Under the pieces are notes generated by a model. That model did no database searches, had not been told where the DNA came from, and was given only the letters and a program-made list of their open reading frames with translations. A program made the translations under genes and the position numbers. From Camelus dromedarius (taxonomy: Eukaryota), in contig NC_087439.1 of NCBI RefSeq assembly GCF_036321535.1, forward strand, positions 71,920,001 to 71,984,000: a stretch of 64,000 nucleotides of DNA, in the 5' to 3' direction. Shown in pieces: positions 38,022 to 51,473 of the stretch; positions within the stretch are counted from its first letter, which is position 1; every line of letters starts with the position of its first letter.

Positions 38022-38820
38022 CTGAAATAAAGAAAGAGCTCTTTTAATCAATTAAGATTTGGATTTATTATACCATACATTTATGAATACCACCAGTTGA
38101 GAAGACTTAAAAAGTAACTGAGATCACACTGAGCTAAAAAGGTGCTACACTATAGTTCACATAGACACACACACATTCTGAATAATTTTGAGTTATCAAT
38201 CATAAACTTTCCTACATTTTTTATCTCCTCATAATAATAATACCTCAAATGGCAAGTGAATGCAGTTCGTCAGCCATAGGGATTTAAGCTTCAAGAAGGA
38301 CAGTAGGTCGTTTTTCCATTTTAATTTCTATTCACTTCGGAGTTAGATCTATAGTTGAAACCTAGCTAATCACTGGCTCTTACTACCCTGTCTGTGGACA
38401 GAGTTGGAAGTTGGAAGGAAAAGCAACGACTACAGTCTTCCTTCTCTTTGGCTTGCAGCCAGTGGAATGCTCGTGTGAAGGCAGAATTCAAACACTCTGG
38501 GCACTCCCCTCTTTTCAATTCACTGGAGGAATTATGCCATCTTCTTAAAATGTATTAATGTATCAAGTTTTACTTATGATAAGCAATCAAATGTTGATCA
38601 AGTTATTATGAGTTTGCAGAGCCACAGGCATACATTGAGAATATAGATTTGGGTCATTTATTTTATTATCCACTAACAGTTTGTCCATTAACATGGCATG
38701 CTCTTTCAAAGTTTTTACACTGATTAGGAGACTTAAAAACATTTTTAGAGCTTCTATAATAATACTATAGTTAAAATTTTAGTGATAATTTAGAATTCAA
38801 ACACAATATAGTTTCCATAC

Positions 38821-38996
38821 CAAATTATTTAGCTTTAGGCGAAGAAATGTGTTCTCAAAATTCAGTTTCTCCACTTCTTTTTGCAATAACATCTTGTCAG
38901 TTGTAATTCTTCGAGAATTCTCTTTCTCTCTACTAAGAGCCTGAGCTAATGCCCTATTGTTGTGCTTTAAAGAAATTTTGAAAATAGAAGAATTGT
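38821..38996 (-). CDS. SGO2: SGO2 exon: PP2A-binding coiled coil (NSSIFKISLKHNNRALAQALSREKENSRR...LRLKLNNL)
   Basis: 176 nt; AG/GT boundaries; shugoshin N-terminal coiled coil with a KEN motif. Confidence 0.96.
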
Positions 38997-40893
38997 CTGT
39001 AAAAAAAATTTTTAAGAGTTAATATTGAACATATATCTTACTACATTTTCATATTCCTTAATAATTAACTATTTTGGACAAAATGTATTTCACTTTGTAA
39101 GTTTTAACTGAAAGTTAGAAAAGAAGCGAATGGCAAGACAGATGGAGTTTTGAAAAGAACGTACCCAGAGTTTGGAGCTGAAGAAACAACAGCTAGATAG
39201 AAGTTCAATAAAAGTTGTGAGAAATACAGAATGTTTGTGAATACAGAGTTAGGAACAAGAGGACTCTAATATAGATACAGTATCTAGATAATTAGATCAG
39301 TCACAAAAACTAAATCTTGGTATTTGTTGCCCTACCTTCCTTCCTACTTTTGACCAGGAGGTAGAATGGAGAAGTTGATCCCACAGCTCTAACTGGAAAT
39401 GTCTCATAGAAATTAGGGTTGCCAATCGTGAAAATTTTAGAGCCAGTTTCTGTGGCTCCAGAATTAATGCTCCCAAAGTCCATTTTTCAAAACCTTGGGT
39501 AAAAGGGAGCATACTTACTATAATGTTGGACAGATCATCTAAACTGTGTGGGATTGTCCATCTCCACCCCAAATATCCTATCTCTTATTTCTAGGCATCT
39601 ATTGCAATCTAAACTTGACTGCTTCTCTTTATAGCACTATGTAAATATAATTTAAGTCAGAAATGATTTTCTGTTGTTTGCAAAGATTTTAATTGTGAAC
39701 TCTTTGGTAAAGTTCACCTTACATATAGTGTTCCCTTAGTATATCTAAAGCATAATTATATTGTCATGATTTTGATTTACACGCTACTATTCAATAACAT
39801 AGCCCACTGAATAAAAGTATAGTGTATGCAAAATGTTTGATAATAGTAATACACATTTTTATATAATAGTATTAGTGTTACTAGCTATAGTAATAGTAAC
39901 AATAGTTTATAATAGTAATAATATTTTTTAAATACTCAGGGAAAGTTTGGGTATCTAAAAAATAGAGTCCAAAAAGTACTTTATTTTTGGCACAGAGAAA
40001 GTAGATTCAGACAGCCACTTTTGACATCGCAAATGGAAACAGACTAGAACCGGTTTGCAACTTGCAGAAGCTAAAGGATAGTAACATTTTCCTGTTGCAC
40101 TCCTCAACCTCAGTGTATCCCTTCATAACAGTGGGTGTACAATGGTCCTGCACACCCACTAGCCACTATAGGAGGTGGTCTAATTCATGGCTCTAGAGAT
40201 CTGAGTAGGAACAACATTATGATTTAAAGATAATCAGCAGGCTTGGCTATTTCCCAAAGCACACTTACCTTTCACAGGTGCTATACCAGCAGGAAACCTC
40301 CCCCAGTCCTGCTAAGATGGAGATGAACCATTGAGGTAGTTTTCAGAAGTAATGAAAATTCATCTTGGGGAATTTCCCCCACTTTCTTTTTTTGCCCCTC
40401 TGACATCTTAGCTCGAGAATCCATGAAACCTCATCTCCAAAGTGCTCAGTGACCTCATGATGAACTTTGGCTATCTAAAATCACCCTGGGCCAACCACCC
40501 CTAGATTGCTCATCATCCAAATGCTGTAGCATGTCAGAAGGACAGTCTGTCACATTTTTTAGCTTTTTCAGAAATGTCATGTTGGTACTTTCTTTGCAGT
40601 GTAAGGAGGTAGCTGCCTTGGGCCACTCCAGCCTCACTGCTGAAAATTCAGCTGTCACCACTGACAGCAAATCATCATAACCACCCAACTAAGAGGAGTT
40701 GAAGGAGAAAGGAACAATTGAATGGAGGAAGTCTCATTTAACAAAATAATCATTTTAGTCATTTCCTGTATTTGATAAAATAAAGTACCAAATACCATAC
40801 CAATTCTCCAGAAAAAAAAGTAAAAATGAGAGTATGCTAATGATAAATAAGTAATAAATAAGTAATGTAGTAATGAAGACTAATAACGCTTAC

Positions 40894-41023
40894 TTATTAT
40901 TTTTGTTTTGATTTTTGACGCAAGAGAAACATTCAATTTAGCAGTCTTTGAAATTCTTTTGTCTTTCACACGTCTCTTAATTCCTGAGGTAAGTGTGTCA
41001 GTTTCCATCACGGGATACTCCAT
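40894..41023 (-). CDS. SGO2: Shugoshin 2, first coding exon (MEYPVMETDTLTSGIKRRVKDKRISKTAKLNVSLASKIKTKII)
   Basis: Acceptor TTTTTTTACTCCAG, then TG+ATG (exon starts at 41025); 130 coding nt; donor A|GTAAGC; matches the SGO2 N-terminus. Confidence 0.96.
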
Positions 41024-41597
41024 CACTGGAGTAAAAAAAGAAAGACAGCAGGAAATCATAGTATTGATTAATAAAGCCAAAAAGGATAACTGATAAATAC
41101 ATTCTAAAAAGCAAATCATGACTTAAATAATATACTTTGTACATAAGTATTTGTAAAACACTTTATATAAAATCTGACAAGTATGAATGTAACCAAAAGT
41201 GGTTTAAAAGTAGAATCCTAAAAAGGTAAATGAATCTTTTTTTTTTTTTTCCCACTCAAACCTATAACATTATATCTACCTGCCAGGAGTGAGGCTAGGC
41301 ACTGGGGGCAGAAAACAGGATACAGCTGCATAGGAACGCATAGTCATGGAATGCATAGTTCAGTGTGGGCACAGACACTACTGTGATACCAAGTAGAAGT
41401 GTACCTTAGAGACAGGCACAGAAGAGATATACCTAATCCTAAGGGAGTTGTTCCCACTTCATCCTTGGATATACACTCCATTTCTCTGCACCCTTTACAG
41501 CAAAACTCCTTGAAAGAATTGTCTACACTCAGTTTTCAAACCTCTGGTAAACCTATTTCACTCAGGCTTTCACTTCATTCCAGCAAAACTGGGGATA

Positions 41598-41928
41598 CAG
41601 TCATCCCTTGGTACCTGAAGGATTTTGGTTTCAGGGCCCTCAGATACCAAAATCCACGATGCTCAAGTGCCTTATATAAAATGGCATAGTATTTACATAT
41701 AACCTATGTACATCCCTCTGTATAATTTAAATTATCTTTAGATTTATTTATACTACCTAATATAATGTACATAGTTGTATATATAATATATATGCTATTT
41801 AAATAGTTGTTGGCAATTGGCAAAAATCAAGTTTTGCTTTTTGAAACTTTCTGGAATTGTCCCCAATATTTTCCATCGCTGATTTGCTTGGTTGTATGGA
41901 ATCGGAACCCAGATAGGAGGGCCAACTG
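41598..41928. mobile_element. MER2-like Tigger (TcMar) non-autonomous DNA transposon
   Basis: CAGTCATCCCT...GGGCCAACTG ends flanked by TA on both sides; internal GATACCAAAATCCACGATGCTCAAGT..TTATATAAAATGGC resembles the MER2 consensus. Confidence 0.85.
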
Positions 41929-42479
41929 TATTGCAATAGCTGTTGGACTGTGTTGGTGCCCAGTTCTTATATTTCATAGCTATGTGATCCTACATCTCCA
42001 AGTTTCAATTTTCAGACTTAGGGAATTATTTTTTGGGGAAAAAAAAAAGAGCATTTTGTAGGGACTTAAGGAGCCAACGTACATACGGTGCCTAGTACTG
42101 AACCTAGAGCTCACCTATGTATTATTGTTCCGTAGCTCTTGTTTGGCTAACATATCAGCTAACTCTACCTCAGGAATACTCACTTCCACGTCCAGTTCTC
42201 CTGAACTGGATTCCTCATCTAGAAAAATCATCGTCCTTAGTCCCTACCGAAGTCCTGTCTGTACGTCAACACCCAGTTCAAGGTTAAATTCTTCCCAGTC
42301 TTCTATCACCCTTCGCCCTCGGCCAGCCTCCGTCCTAAACTCTGAGCGCTCCACAAGAGAGGGCTCTTCCAAGAACTTGGGTAAGCAGTCTCTAATGTTC
42401 ATTCAGCAGGTATTTACTGAGCGCTCACAATAAACCAGAACTGTTCTAAAGGAAAGGAGCAGCGCAGTCACAAAGACCG

Positions 42480-43030
42480 ACTGCAAGGAGCTGGTTTTCT
42501 GACTAGCGGCTCGCCGCCCTCACGCAGCCGAGCGCTCAAATCCTACACACAAAAGGCAGCGACTTAACACCCAAACAGGGCCTACCTCCAAGGAGCCCCT
42601 TGGAGCCAGTGCTGGGGCCGCAGTCCTGGAGACTGGAGGACGAGGGGGCGGGGCCGCGGGCCGCGCGGGGCTCAGCGGACCCGAGACCCACGAGGGCCAC
42701 GCCGGGCGGTTCGTCTTGGGGAAGGCACGGATCCCGCCAGGCACGGCGAGGCCACGCCAAAAGTCACAGGTCACTGACTTACTGCTTTTTCAGCGTGGGG
42801 CGACCACCACCCAGCTCCCTGAGCCCGGCGCTCGCGGCCGCGGCTTGGGTTTAAACTCCGCAGCCGTTAGCGGTTTCCGCATCAGCCAATCAGGTCCCCA
42901 GCTGGCGGCGCAAAGGCGCTTGGTTACCAGGAAGTGGGAGGTGTAAGGGGCGGGACCTCGCCGTGAGTGACATAAGGGGCGTGGCCAGGCATGCCAAGGG
43001 CGACACAGCATGGGAGAAAGGGGCGCCCTT
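42480..43030 (-). promoter_or_regulatory. SGO2: SGO2 CpG-island promoter and non-coding exon 1
   Basis: CpG-rich; GC box ~42947-42954; ETS-like CAGGAAGTG; CCAAT 42886-42890; MYB-type TAACGG 42864-42869; CHR-type TTTAAA 42850-42855; donor candidates after 42783 and 42524. Confidence 0.8.
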
Positions 43031-45294
43031 CGACTTTGAGCAAGTGGTGTTCAGCTGTCTCCTGATGCATTTATGAAAAAAGAAACGCTCCTTTGACAAA
43101 ACTACCTTTATCAGTCAGATTTTTAAAGGTTTGACAGCCACCTGAGGTCTGTTGGAAAGTTTTTCTTGTTTCTCTAACATTACTGTGAGACTCCCCGCAC
43201 ACATTTTACCATTTCTTCTGCGTCTTTGCATTTCTTTATCTCTGCGCAATGATGCCAGCACCGTTATTTAGTTCTCACTTAAAAGCCCTCCCCACTTTTC
43301 TTTTAACTTTTCGAGAGGAAAACGGCAATGAAATTTTGTCGAAAATCCTGAATTTCATTAATATTTGTCTTATACTAATGGTTTGTTTTAGCTAAATATA
43401 CAAGAATGGCATTTTCTGTTATCCACATCTACAGAAAAATATGTAGTATTCACTTTATGTTCCACGTCAATTAGCTTAGTTTCCTTTCACAACTGACTTT
43501 CATAATCTATACAAAGAAGCTGGGAAAACTATAGTGAGAATAAAATTTCCTCTTCGTATGCAATTAAGACTGAAAATGAAAATAGCTTGTTAAATCTAGG
43601 TTTTAAAAATTAATTTTACAGTGATGCATTCAACTTCATATTCTTGTCAATGTTTTGTTTATTTGGGGACATTTGAGAATCACAACTTTTCCATTATACT
43701 TTAGAGAATCTAGACAAATGATGTAAACATGGTTTTGAGTTCCATCTTTAGTATATTTCAAGTTTGGTCTCCAAAGAGATCTAGCTACATGAGTCTTTTG
43801 TAAGTGGAAAAGTATTTATTGATTGGCTGCCTGCTAATATTACAGCATATACTATAGTTTAAAACTTCAATAATAGTGGTTTAAAATGGAATTTATCAAT
43901 CATAGACATTTCTGGTTATCAAGGGGTTAACAAGCACTATATCTTGTTTACCCAGCCTGACACATTAAATGCTTGTTATATGTAACTTATTTCAGAGCAG
44001 TTGAGAGAATTTAATGAACCAATTTGTAAACTGTAAAAAGCTCTTGAAAATGTAAATTCTTATCATACACACAATTATACACTTAAAAGGTATAATTGAT
44101 TGGGCTGTATTTAACCTTATCTGAGCTTAAGTCATTTGCCTCTTCGATGGAGGCAAACGGATAGAGGAGCCCTGGACTCAGAATGTGAAGATACATTTAG
44201 TTGCATCTTGAACACACATTACTTTTGTTGTTGTTGCAAGCTCCTTCTCTATAAAATAAACCAGTTAAATTAAATGAGCTCACAGTTGTGTTGTGATACT
44301 CTCCTGCACAGGGCACTGATTTTGCTTCTCTCCCTCTATCTCCTTCTTGTACTCATTAGTTACCTGATTTTCTCTACCTAAGGGTAGATTCCAGTCAATT
44401 AAAATTTGATTGTCCTGACCCCTCACCCTCACCCCACAACACACACACCAAAAAAGAGGAAGAAGGTAAAGGGAGAAGAGGAAACCTTTCTTCCAAACCA
44501 CAACAACAACGAACAATCCTTTTTAACATCTACTAAAACAAAAATCATCCAAGAAAAAGTCCCTAAACAGGAGCCATGTAGAAGCACACTGCAAATCAAT
44601 AAACCAATAAACCAATAAAACAAAGTAGAAATAGTGTACGTCCACTTTATTAAACTATCTGATCTGATTATCTGTATCAGCCTGGCAAGTTGAAAAATTA
44701 ACCCAAGAAAAATTAACCCAGGCCAATAGAAGCAGAAAATGACACTGGATTACTTAAAGCATTTCTGGAGAGGATAGAGATGAAGCCTTGGAAAACAGGA
44801 AGGAACAGAGGCCCCCGGCAGCAGACAAGGACCTAGTCACAGTCACAGCCTGTGAAGCTACTGTGATCTTGCCCAGCCAGCAGCGGCCCTACTGACTGCT
44901 GCAGACCACCACTGCAGCTACCTCTGGGGGAAGTGGGCGTGACTGAGCTGCAGTGCCCCATCACTGCCACTTGGCATCACTAGCTCCTGTTGCTAGGCCT
45001 GGGTTGAGTGTGCCTGATTGGTTAAGCCTAGATCACAGGCTACAAACCCTCGCAGCAAGGGAGCCTTGAGCATTCAGCCTGTGTCTGGCTTTATTAGCTT
45101 CTTAGTGAGAGGTCATCTCTACCTCCCACCTAAACTCAGGAAGGGCATTTCGAGCTGGGCAGCCAAAAGGATGACAAATGTTTGTTTCAGTATTTTATGC
45201 TATTTCACAAAATCATTATTTCTATTTTCTTTAATGAAAAGACTTCCTGCTGTGCTGTGAGGGACAGGTAATCATGACAACAGCAGCAGAAAAC

Positions 45295-45500
45295 ATTTAT
45301 CAAGTGCTTACCATGTCCTAGACACTGTGTCAAGTCCTTTCAGTGTCTTTTAAATTCTCACAATGATCCTATGTGGTAGGTACCATTATTTCCTTTTTTA
45401 CTATTGAGGAAACTGAGGCTTAGAAAATGTAAGTGACTCCTGCAAAGTTTAGCATGAGGTACAGCTGGGATTTCAACCTGGGAAGTCTGGCCTGGGCCTC
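45295..45500 (-). mobile_element. MIR SINE
   Basis: GAGGAAACTGAGGCTTAGAAAATGTAAGTGACT core. Confidence 0.72.
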
Positions 45501-45941
45501 TTTGAGAGAGTGGACGAAGTGACATCATCTGCCACTTTGGTTTCAAGGCATGGCATCCATCGTGTGAATTTCACCAGGTTGCCTGCTTACCAGCCTCCTC
45601 TTTTTCTTTTGTGTACATTTTTGGGGAGTCCCTTCTGGCATTATACTGGAGGTGAAGATGGAGGAGGCTGATGAGCAAGTGATCCATTCCCGTACATTTC
45701 CAGAGGTGGGGACTTGAGATGATTTGAGATTGTTTCTCTGGTTTAGGCAAGGGCGGGGAGACTAGAGAGGCCAAGCCTTCTCTCTGATCTAGGTGTATGT
45801 ATGTGTGCAGGAGACTACTCTGGGGAAGGACAGAATAATCAGGGGTCTTGGTCTACTATTTGTCCAGCTGCATAACCCCCAGTAGGGGTTCTCACTGCAG
45901 CTCATTCACCTCCACTACACTAGTCCATGTGCTGAGAGGCA

Positions 45942-46002
45942 GGGTAAGGGGGGTGTGGGGAGTAGGGGGTGGGGTGTGGGGAGTAGGGGGTGGGGGGTGG
46001 GG
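45942..46002 (+). repeat. G-rich minisatellite (2 x 21-nt GGGGTGTGGGGAGTAGGGGGT plus flanks)
   Basis: Nine runs of three or more G in 61 nt. Confidence 0.85.
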
Positions 46003-47966
46003 AGCAGTGTCTACTGCCCAACCTCTACCTGGTGCCTCACAGGGAGTTCCAGAATGGTTCAAGCATTTCTTTCCTCAAGATTTCCAGTGATAAAAATCCA
46101 AACCACACAAACTGGAGGCTTGGGGAGAGCTTGAAAAGTCAGCTGTTGTGCTCACTAGTTTTACTAAGGGACTTCCATGTATACATGCCATCCAACAACC
46201 CGGGGCCCCGAAGCCCACATCTCCAGAGTTCTCTCCACGCGGACATCCCCCTGGCTGCTGGAGAGGGTCCCAAGAGATCTCTGTCCACACCCCTCTTAAT
46301 CGTATACCCCTTCTCCCTTCTACTCTTCACTACAAGTGCAAAGGAACAGCAGTGGTGGAAAATAATGAATTCTGTTTAAAGTCCTTTTGGGACGTCTAGG
46401 AGGAAATGGCCAGCAGACACACAGGTATAAAACATGGAGCTCAAAAGAGATGTCTGGATTTGGGAGTCAGCAGTGAACAGTAATAGAAATCCCTGGAGTC
46501 GGTTAAGTTAAGGAGGAAGAGTGTGTAGAAGCACAAGTAGAGTGGAAGGGAGAACCTGGGTGAATATCAATGCAGGGAGGAAAGATGAAAGGGCAGCCAG
46601 AGAGGCAGTGAGAGGCAGGAGGAGACAGAGGCCTCATGGAGGCCACGGGAGGAGCTCAATTCAAAGACTTTGTCTTCTGCAGCTGGAGATGGGAGCGTGA
46701 ACAGCCCTAGGGGTTAACAGTTAGGATGCAGCAGAGAGGATGCAGAGATGAGAGAGCAGAGGATTCTTTGAGGATGAAAAGAGAAGTGACAATAGCTCTG
46801 GGGCATCCAGGGTGGAGGGAGGGTTTGTATTCTTTTTTATAGGCTGGGGGAAGGGTTGGTAGAAAGAAAGAACGGATGACACAGGAAAGAGGTGAGTCTT
46901 GGTGGAGCACAGTCCTGTGGATGCAGAGGTTGGAACAAGGGCTAAGCCAGTTGCCCAAGGGCCACTTCTTCCTCTGAGACAGGAAGAAGAGATGAAAGAC
47001 CAGACGTAGATAGATGAGTTTGAAGTGCTTTGTGAGCTTTCAAAGTCATATAAACATGGGACCTATCATTTTATTTAAAGCATTTGCTTCCTTAAAAAGC
47101 CATCTCTACATTTAAAACATTTTGATACTTTAATTTAGTAAAAACAAAGGTCAGAGACATTATTTAGACAAGGACCAAAACTTCCCCATCTCTGTAAACA
47201 GTTTCTCTCACAGAATGAAATGAAATAATTAGTTTGTGCCTAGAATTCTCAGCTGCTATCAGATCAACCAGTATACAAAGTCAGGGCCTCTTAAAATACA
47301 ATTAGTCATAGAAAGAAATATAAAAAGCACTGGTTTCAAACTGGGTTTCCTGCTGACTAAAGCACTGTAGAATTTGAGAGGGAAGAGATAAATAAGCTAG
47401 ATTGCAGGCGCTTCCCAAAGTAAAAAATTTAGAGAATGAATATAAGTAAACTCAAGCAAATAGGCACGTCAAATCAATTTTTTTCTCAGTCAAGGCAGGA
47501 ATTTGTTAAGTAGCTAAATATTTATCAAAACAGTTGGCAGTAAAAAAACGTTGCCACATTCACCCAGAAAGCAAATATGAAGTACTTTTCTCAATTAAAG
47601 GATCATAATTTTTTAAACTCACAAAACATCATGTGTCTTCTCCATCATCTTAATTTTATTGAGAAAAGTGACATAGGTGGTTATCTTAAGATCACATTTG
47701 CCATCTTTTATGTGTAAGTAATGAACTATATATAGAAAGTGGTAGAATTTAGAAAAAAGGATAAACAGCTAATGGTTACTAGGTCCTATGAGGTTGCATT
47801 GATGGAAATTTTGTGCTGTTAAAGAATTTTAGAGACCGGCATATCTGACATATACACTGATAATACAAAGTGGCCCATGTTGACTGTAGCAGAGGAGAGA
47901 ATGATTCCTGTTTGGTTGTAGATCCAGGAAGCCAACATAGAGGACAGTTCATGTGACCTAGGGAGT

Positions 47967-48400
47967 TGTGGTATATTGAAAAAATGACCCCCCCCCCCAA
48001 ATATACATTGTCTTTCTAATCCCTGGAACTTGTGAATATTGCTTATAAGGCAAAATCAGGGATTTTACCTTATTTTGAAAAAGAGTCCTTGAAGATTTAA
48101 TTATTTAAGGGTTTTTGAGATGAGGAGATTATCCTGGATTATCTAGGTGAGTCCTAAGTGTCATCACAAGTTTTCTTATGAGAGCGAGGCTGAGAGAAAT
48201 TTGACAAACAGTCTCATATGAAGAGAAGGATGGAGCAGGAAGACAGGCAGTCAGAATCTCAGGAATGTTAACAGTCACCAGAAGCTGGAAGAGACAAGAT
48301 ACAGATTCCCCTAGAGCCTTCAGAGGGAGGGCAGCCAGGTTGACCCCTTGATTTTGGATTTTGGGATGCCAGAATTGTTACAAAAGTAACTTCAGAATTG
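47967..48400 (+). mobile_element. MLT1 (MaLR) LTR fragment
   Basis: TGTGGTATATTGAAAAATG...GAGATTATCCTGGATTATC...CACCAGAAGCTGGAAGAG...TAGAGCCTTCAGAGGGAG motifs. Confidence 0.75.
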
Positions 48401-50999
48401 CTACCTGATAACTCTGTGAAACTGGACCAACTAGACTTGAGTATTTATTTATTTTTCTTTTTAAAATCTTTTGCTTAAGGTTTTGTCATCAAATACAGTG
48501 ATCTAAAGTTACTTGGATTCATTAATTGTTCCCCTCTCATCAGTGTGACTACATGATTCATTTGAATTATGGTTAGGTTTACTTACGTCTGCTTGTATAC
48601 AGTTTTAGAATTTTTCCCTATCTTTATATGCATGTATGTTTATATTTTTATGTGTTTTAGTATGTGAAACGTTAACTAGTTTCAAAAGTCAGAACTTTAT
48701 AAATAAGTATATTAAACTGTCATATCATTTTATGTTAATATTATTTTATATAATATTAATGATATTAATATTATTATAACTGTTATGTTTCTGTACATGA
48801 TGCATTTTCCTTGTTCTTTTAATTTTTTAAAGTTTTTTTTGTATTTAGGAAAATTTACGGTGTTAGCTAGTGGTTATCTTTGTCCTTATATCTTTTATAA
48901 AACCCTTAGTTGTCTTTCTGACTTAACCTTTTATTATCTGATTTGTCAATTTTAATATTATCCTTTAACATCTATCTATTGCCTATATCACAATTAACTT
49001 ATTTTACCTTCCTCTGTCTCTCTCTCTCCTTTCATTTTTACTTGCATTATTTCTGCTTTGTTAGAACCAGTTACACACTACATATAACTTAATTCTTTGA
49101 GCTTTGTTCTCACCTTCGTTTAATTTTAGGTCTACAATTAAATATAGTAAATGATCACCATCACATCTTTTGATGAAGCTTTGCTACTTGGTTGAATGGA
49201 AATCACTTTTTCAAACACTCTTCAAGAAGGGCTCATGTATTCAAAATTCCCTGATTTTTTTCACCTTAAAAACTCATTTTCTATTGCCTTGTTACTTGAA
49301 GGACAGGTTGACTGAATATTCTTGATTCACACTTCTTTCTTTGAGTTTAAAAAAAATGCTATTCCATTGGTGCCTTTCTTGTAGGTTACTTTTGAGCAGT
49401 CTGGTACCAGTTTAATTCTCTTGTCTTTGTTATTTCTTAATCTTTTTTGCTTGGAGGCTTAGGTTTTTTTTTTTTTTTTTTTTTTTTTTCATCTTTGAAG
49501 TCTAGTAGTTTTACTTGCATATGTTTTGGAGTTGACAATTCTGGTTTAATTTCCTCATGTAACTGATGGGTATATAGATTTGGATTATATTTTTAAATAT
49601 TAGTTCTGCTGCATTGTTTTGTTTATCTTCTTTAAGGGCTGCCATTATTTATGTTGTTTCTTCTTTCTTTCATTTCAACCATTTCTCTCTGACTCTAATT
49701 ACTTTCAATTTATATCATTTTCATTTATCTTGGTTGTTGTTCTACCTTTTTAAAAATTTCCCTTATTAAAATTTCACTTGCTTTTATTTTCCCCCAGAGC
49801 TTTGCAATTTATTCTTCATTTTTGTGATAATTTTCATCTTTTTTGTTTATTTCTTTCCTGAATTCAGTCCATTCTCTTTTCATTTCTTCCTGGTTTTGTT
49901 TTTTTTTTTTTTCATTTCTATTTTATAATTTTTGAATTTCTGGTTCAAGGCAGTTTTTCATATCCTCAAACACCTTTTTGTGGATAGGTAATTCACTTTG
50001 GAGTTTGCATTGTAGTTTTTTTTTCTGCTTTGGGATCTTTTTTGGGGGGGGATATACTTTCCATCAGCTGAAGTGGTCTTGTTTTCTGTTTTTTTCTTGT
50101 AATAGTTTTGCATATATTTACTCTGTTTTCCCATATTCATTTCAAAGATTTTTGAACAGCTTGTAAGATTTCAAGTTCAAGGGTGCTCTCTTCTGCAGTG
50201 AAATACTTCCTTAATCGATGGTTCCTGTGTACGTTTTGTGTGTGTGTGTGTGAGATACAGGCTGAAGACTGCATACTTTCACAGCTTTAGATCTCTTTTT
50301 TCTTACTTGAACCTAAAATTTCCTTTTGCTTTTCCTCTTCCCCAAGCTCCAAAGGGTGCCTCTCTGTTCCTTTTCTACCTTCTATACCAGAAGCAATGGT
50401 TTTCACACACCGTCACCTTGGATTATGTGCATCTTTAATTTTTAAAAATACACAGTCAGTGTTTTGATCTACCAGGGTTCTTTGACAATATCTCAGTACA
50501 AAAGTGGTCTTTCCCTTTTTATGGTTATCCTGGATCAATCACAGGCCCGCCAACAGCTCTCCTCTCTTCATGCATTTTCTCCACATTGCCCCTTATCTCT
50601 GTGCAAGTTTGTGGCAGGACCATGGGACTCAGTTTGCTGAGATTTGGTGTTTATTTTTCTATTTCCAGATAATTTAAAGTCTGGGCATTCTCTTTTAGTT
50701 ATGCAGATGGCATGGGCTTCATGTAGTTTTATTTATTATTTATTCTGTATTCAGCATTTTGGAGCATAAATTGGAAGATTCCAATTTACAAAGTGATAGC
50801 TGCTGTTATGCTGGCTACTTAGGAATTCTACCCCTTGTGTTATTTTGTGTGCAGTCTGCACCAAGCATCTTTAAAAGGAAAAACACTGCAATTCACCCAG
50901 GTTTTGTGAATAAAGGAGCAACCAGATCCCTCATTCTACTTCCTGTACTTTGTCCTGCGTTGGAGGGAGGGGGTTGCTTATGGTTTGGGAACCTTTCCC

Positions 51000-51473
51000 T
51001 GTTACGGAAACGACAGGCCAGCCAAGAAAGAAGCACCACTCGGAGGGTTGGAGTACTCAGATGTATTACGCTGGCAGGCTCAGAGGGGCTTCTACTCCAA
51101 AGCTCTGAGCACCTCCAAGACGTGCGCATGAGGTTTTATAGGGTTAAGTACAAGCTCGGGGTATTCGGCCAATAGGCATGGAACAGCTTTAGCAACATCA
51201 TTATCACAAAAGTGGAGGCAGGGAGGCAGCAAACCAACATTCCAAAGCCAGATATATCTCTTTGAAAATCCAGCTGGCTAGCAAAAAAAACATGAACAGG
51301 GAATCAGCAAACCAACACTAATTAACTTAGATTTATGAGTTAGTCCAGCAGAACTCAGATCAGTATTCCGATACTTAGATTTGTGAGTTATCTTGTTAGC
51401 CCAGCCCAGCTTTTCTTTCACATTCTTAGACTTGTGAGTCATCTTGTTAGCCCAGCCCAGCTTTTCCTTCACA
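51000..51473 (-). mobile_element. ERV1-like solo LTR, 474 bp
   Basis: TG...CA termini; 4-bp TSD TCCC (50996-50999 and 51474-51477); on the minus strand, U3 51-bp tandem repeats, a CCAAT box, TATAAAA (51134-51140) and AATACA (51062-51067). Confidence 0.85.

Noticed and set aside
42761-42780. DR1-like AAGTCA-C-AGGTCA nuclear receptor element in SGO2 intron 1
   Set aside because: A short degenerate motif partly explained by the splice donor consensus; no independent support.
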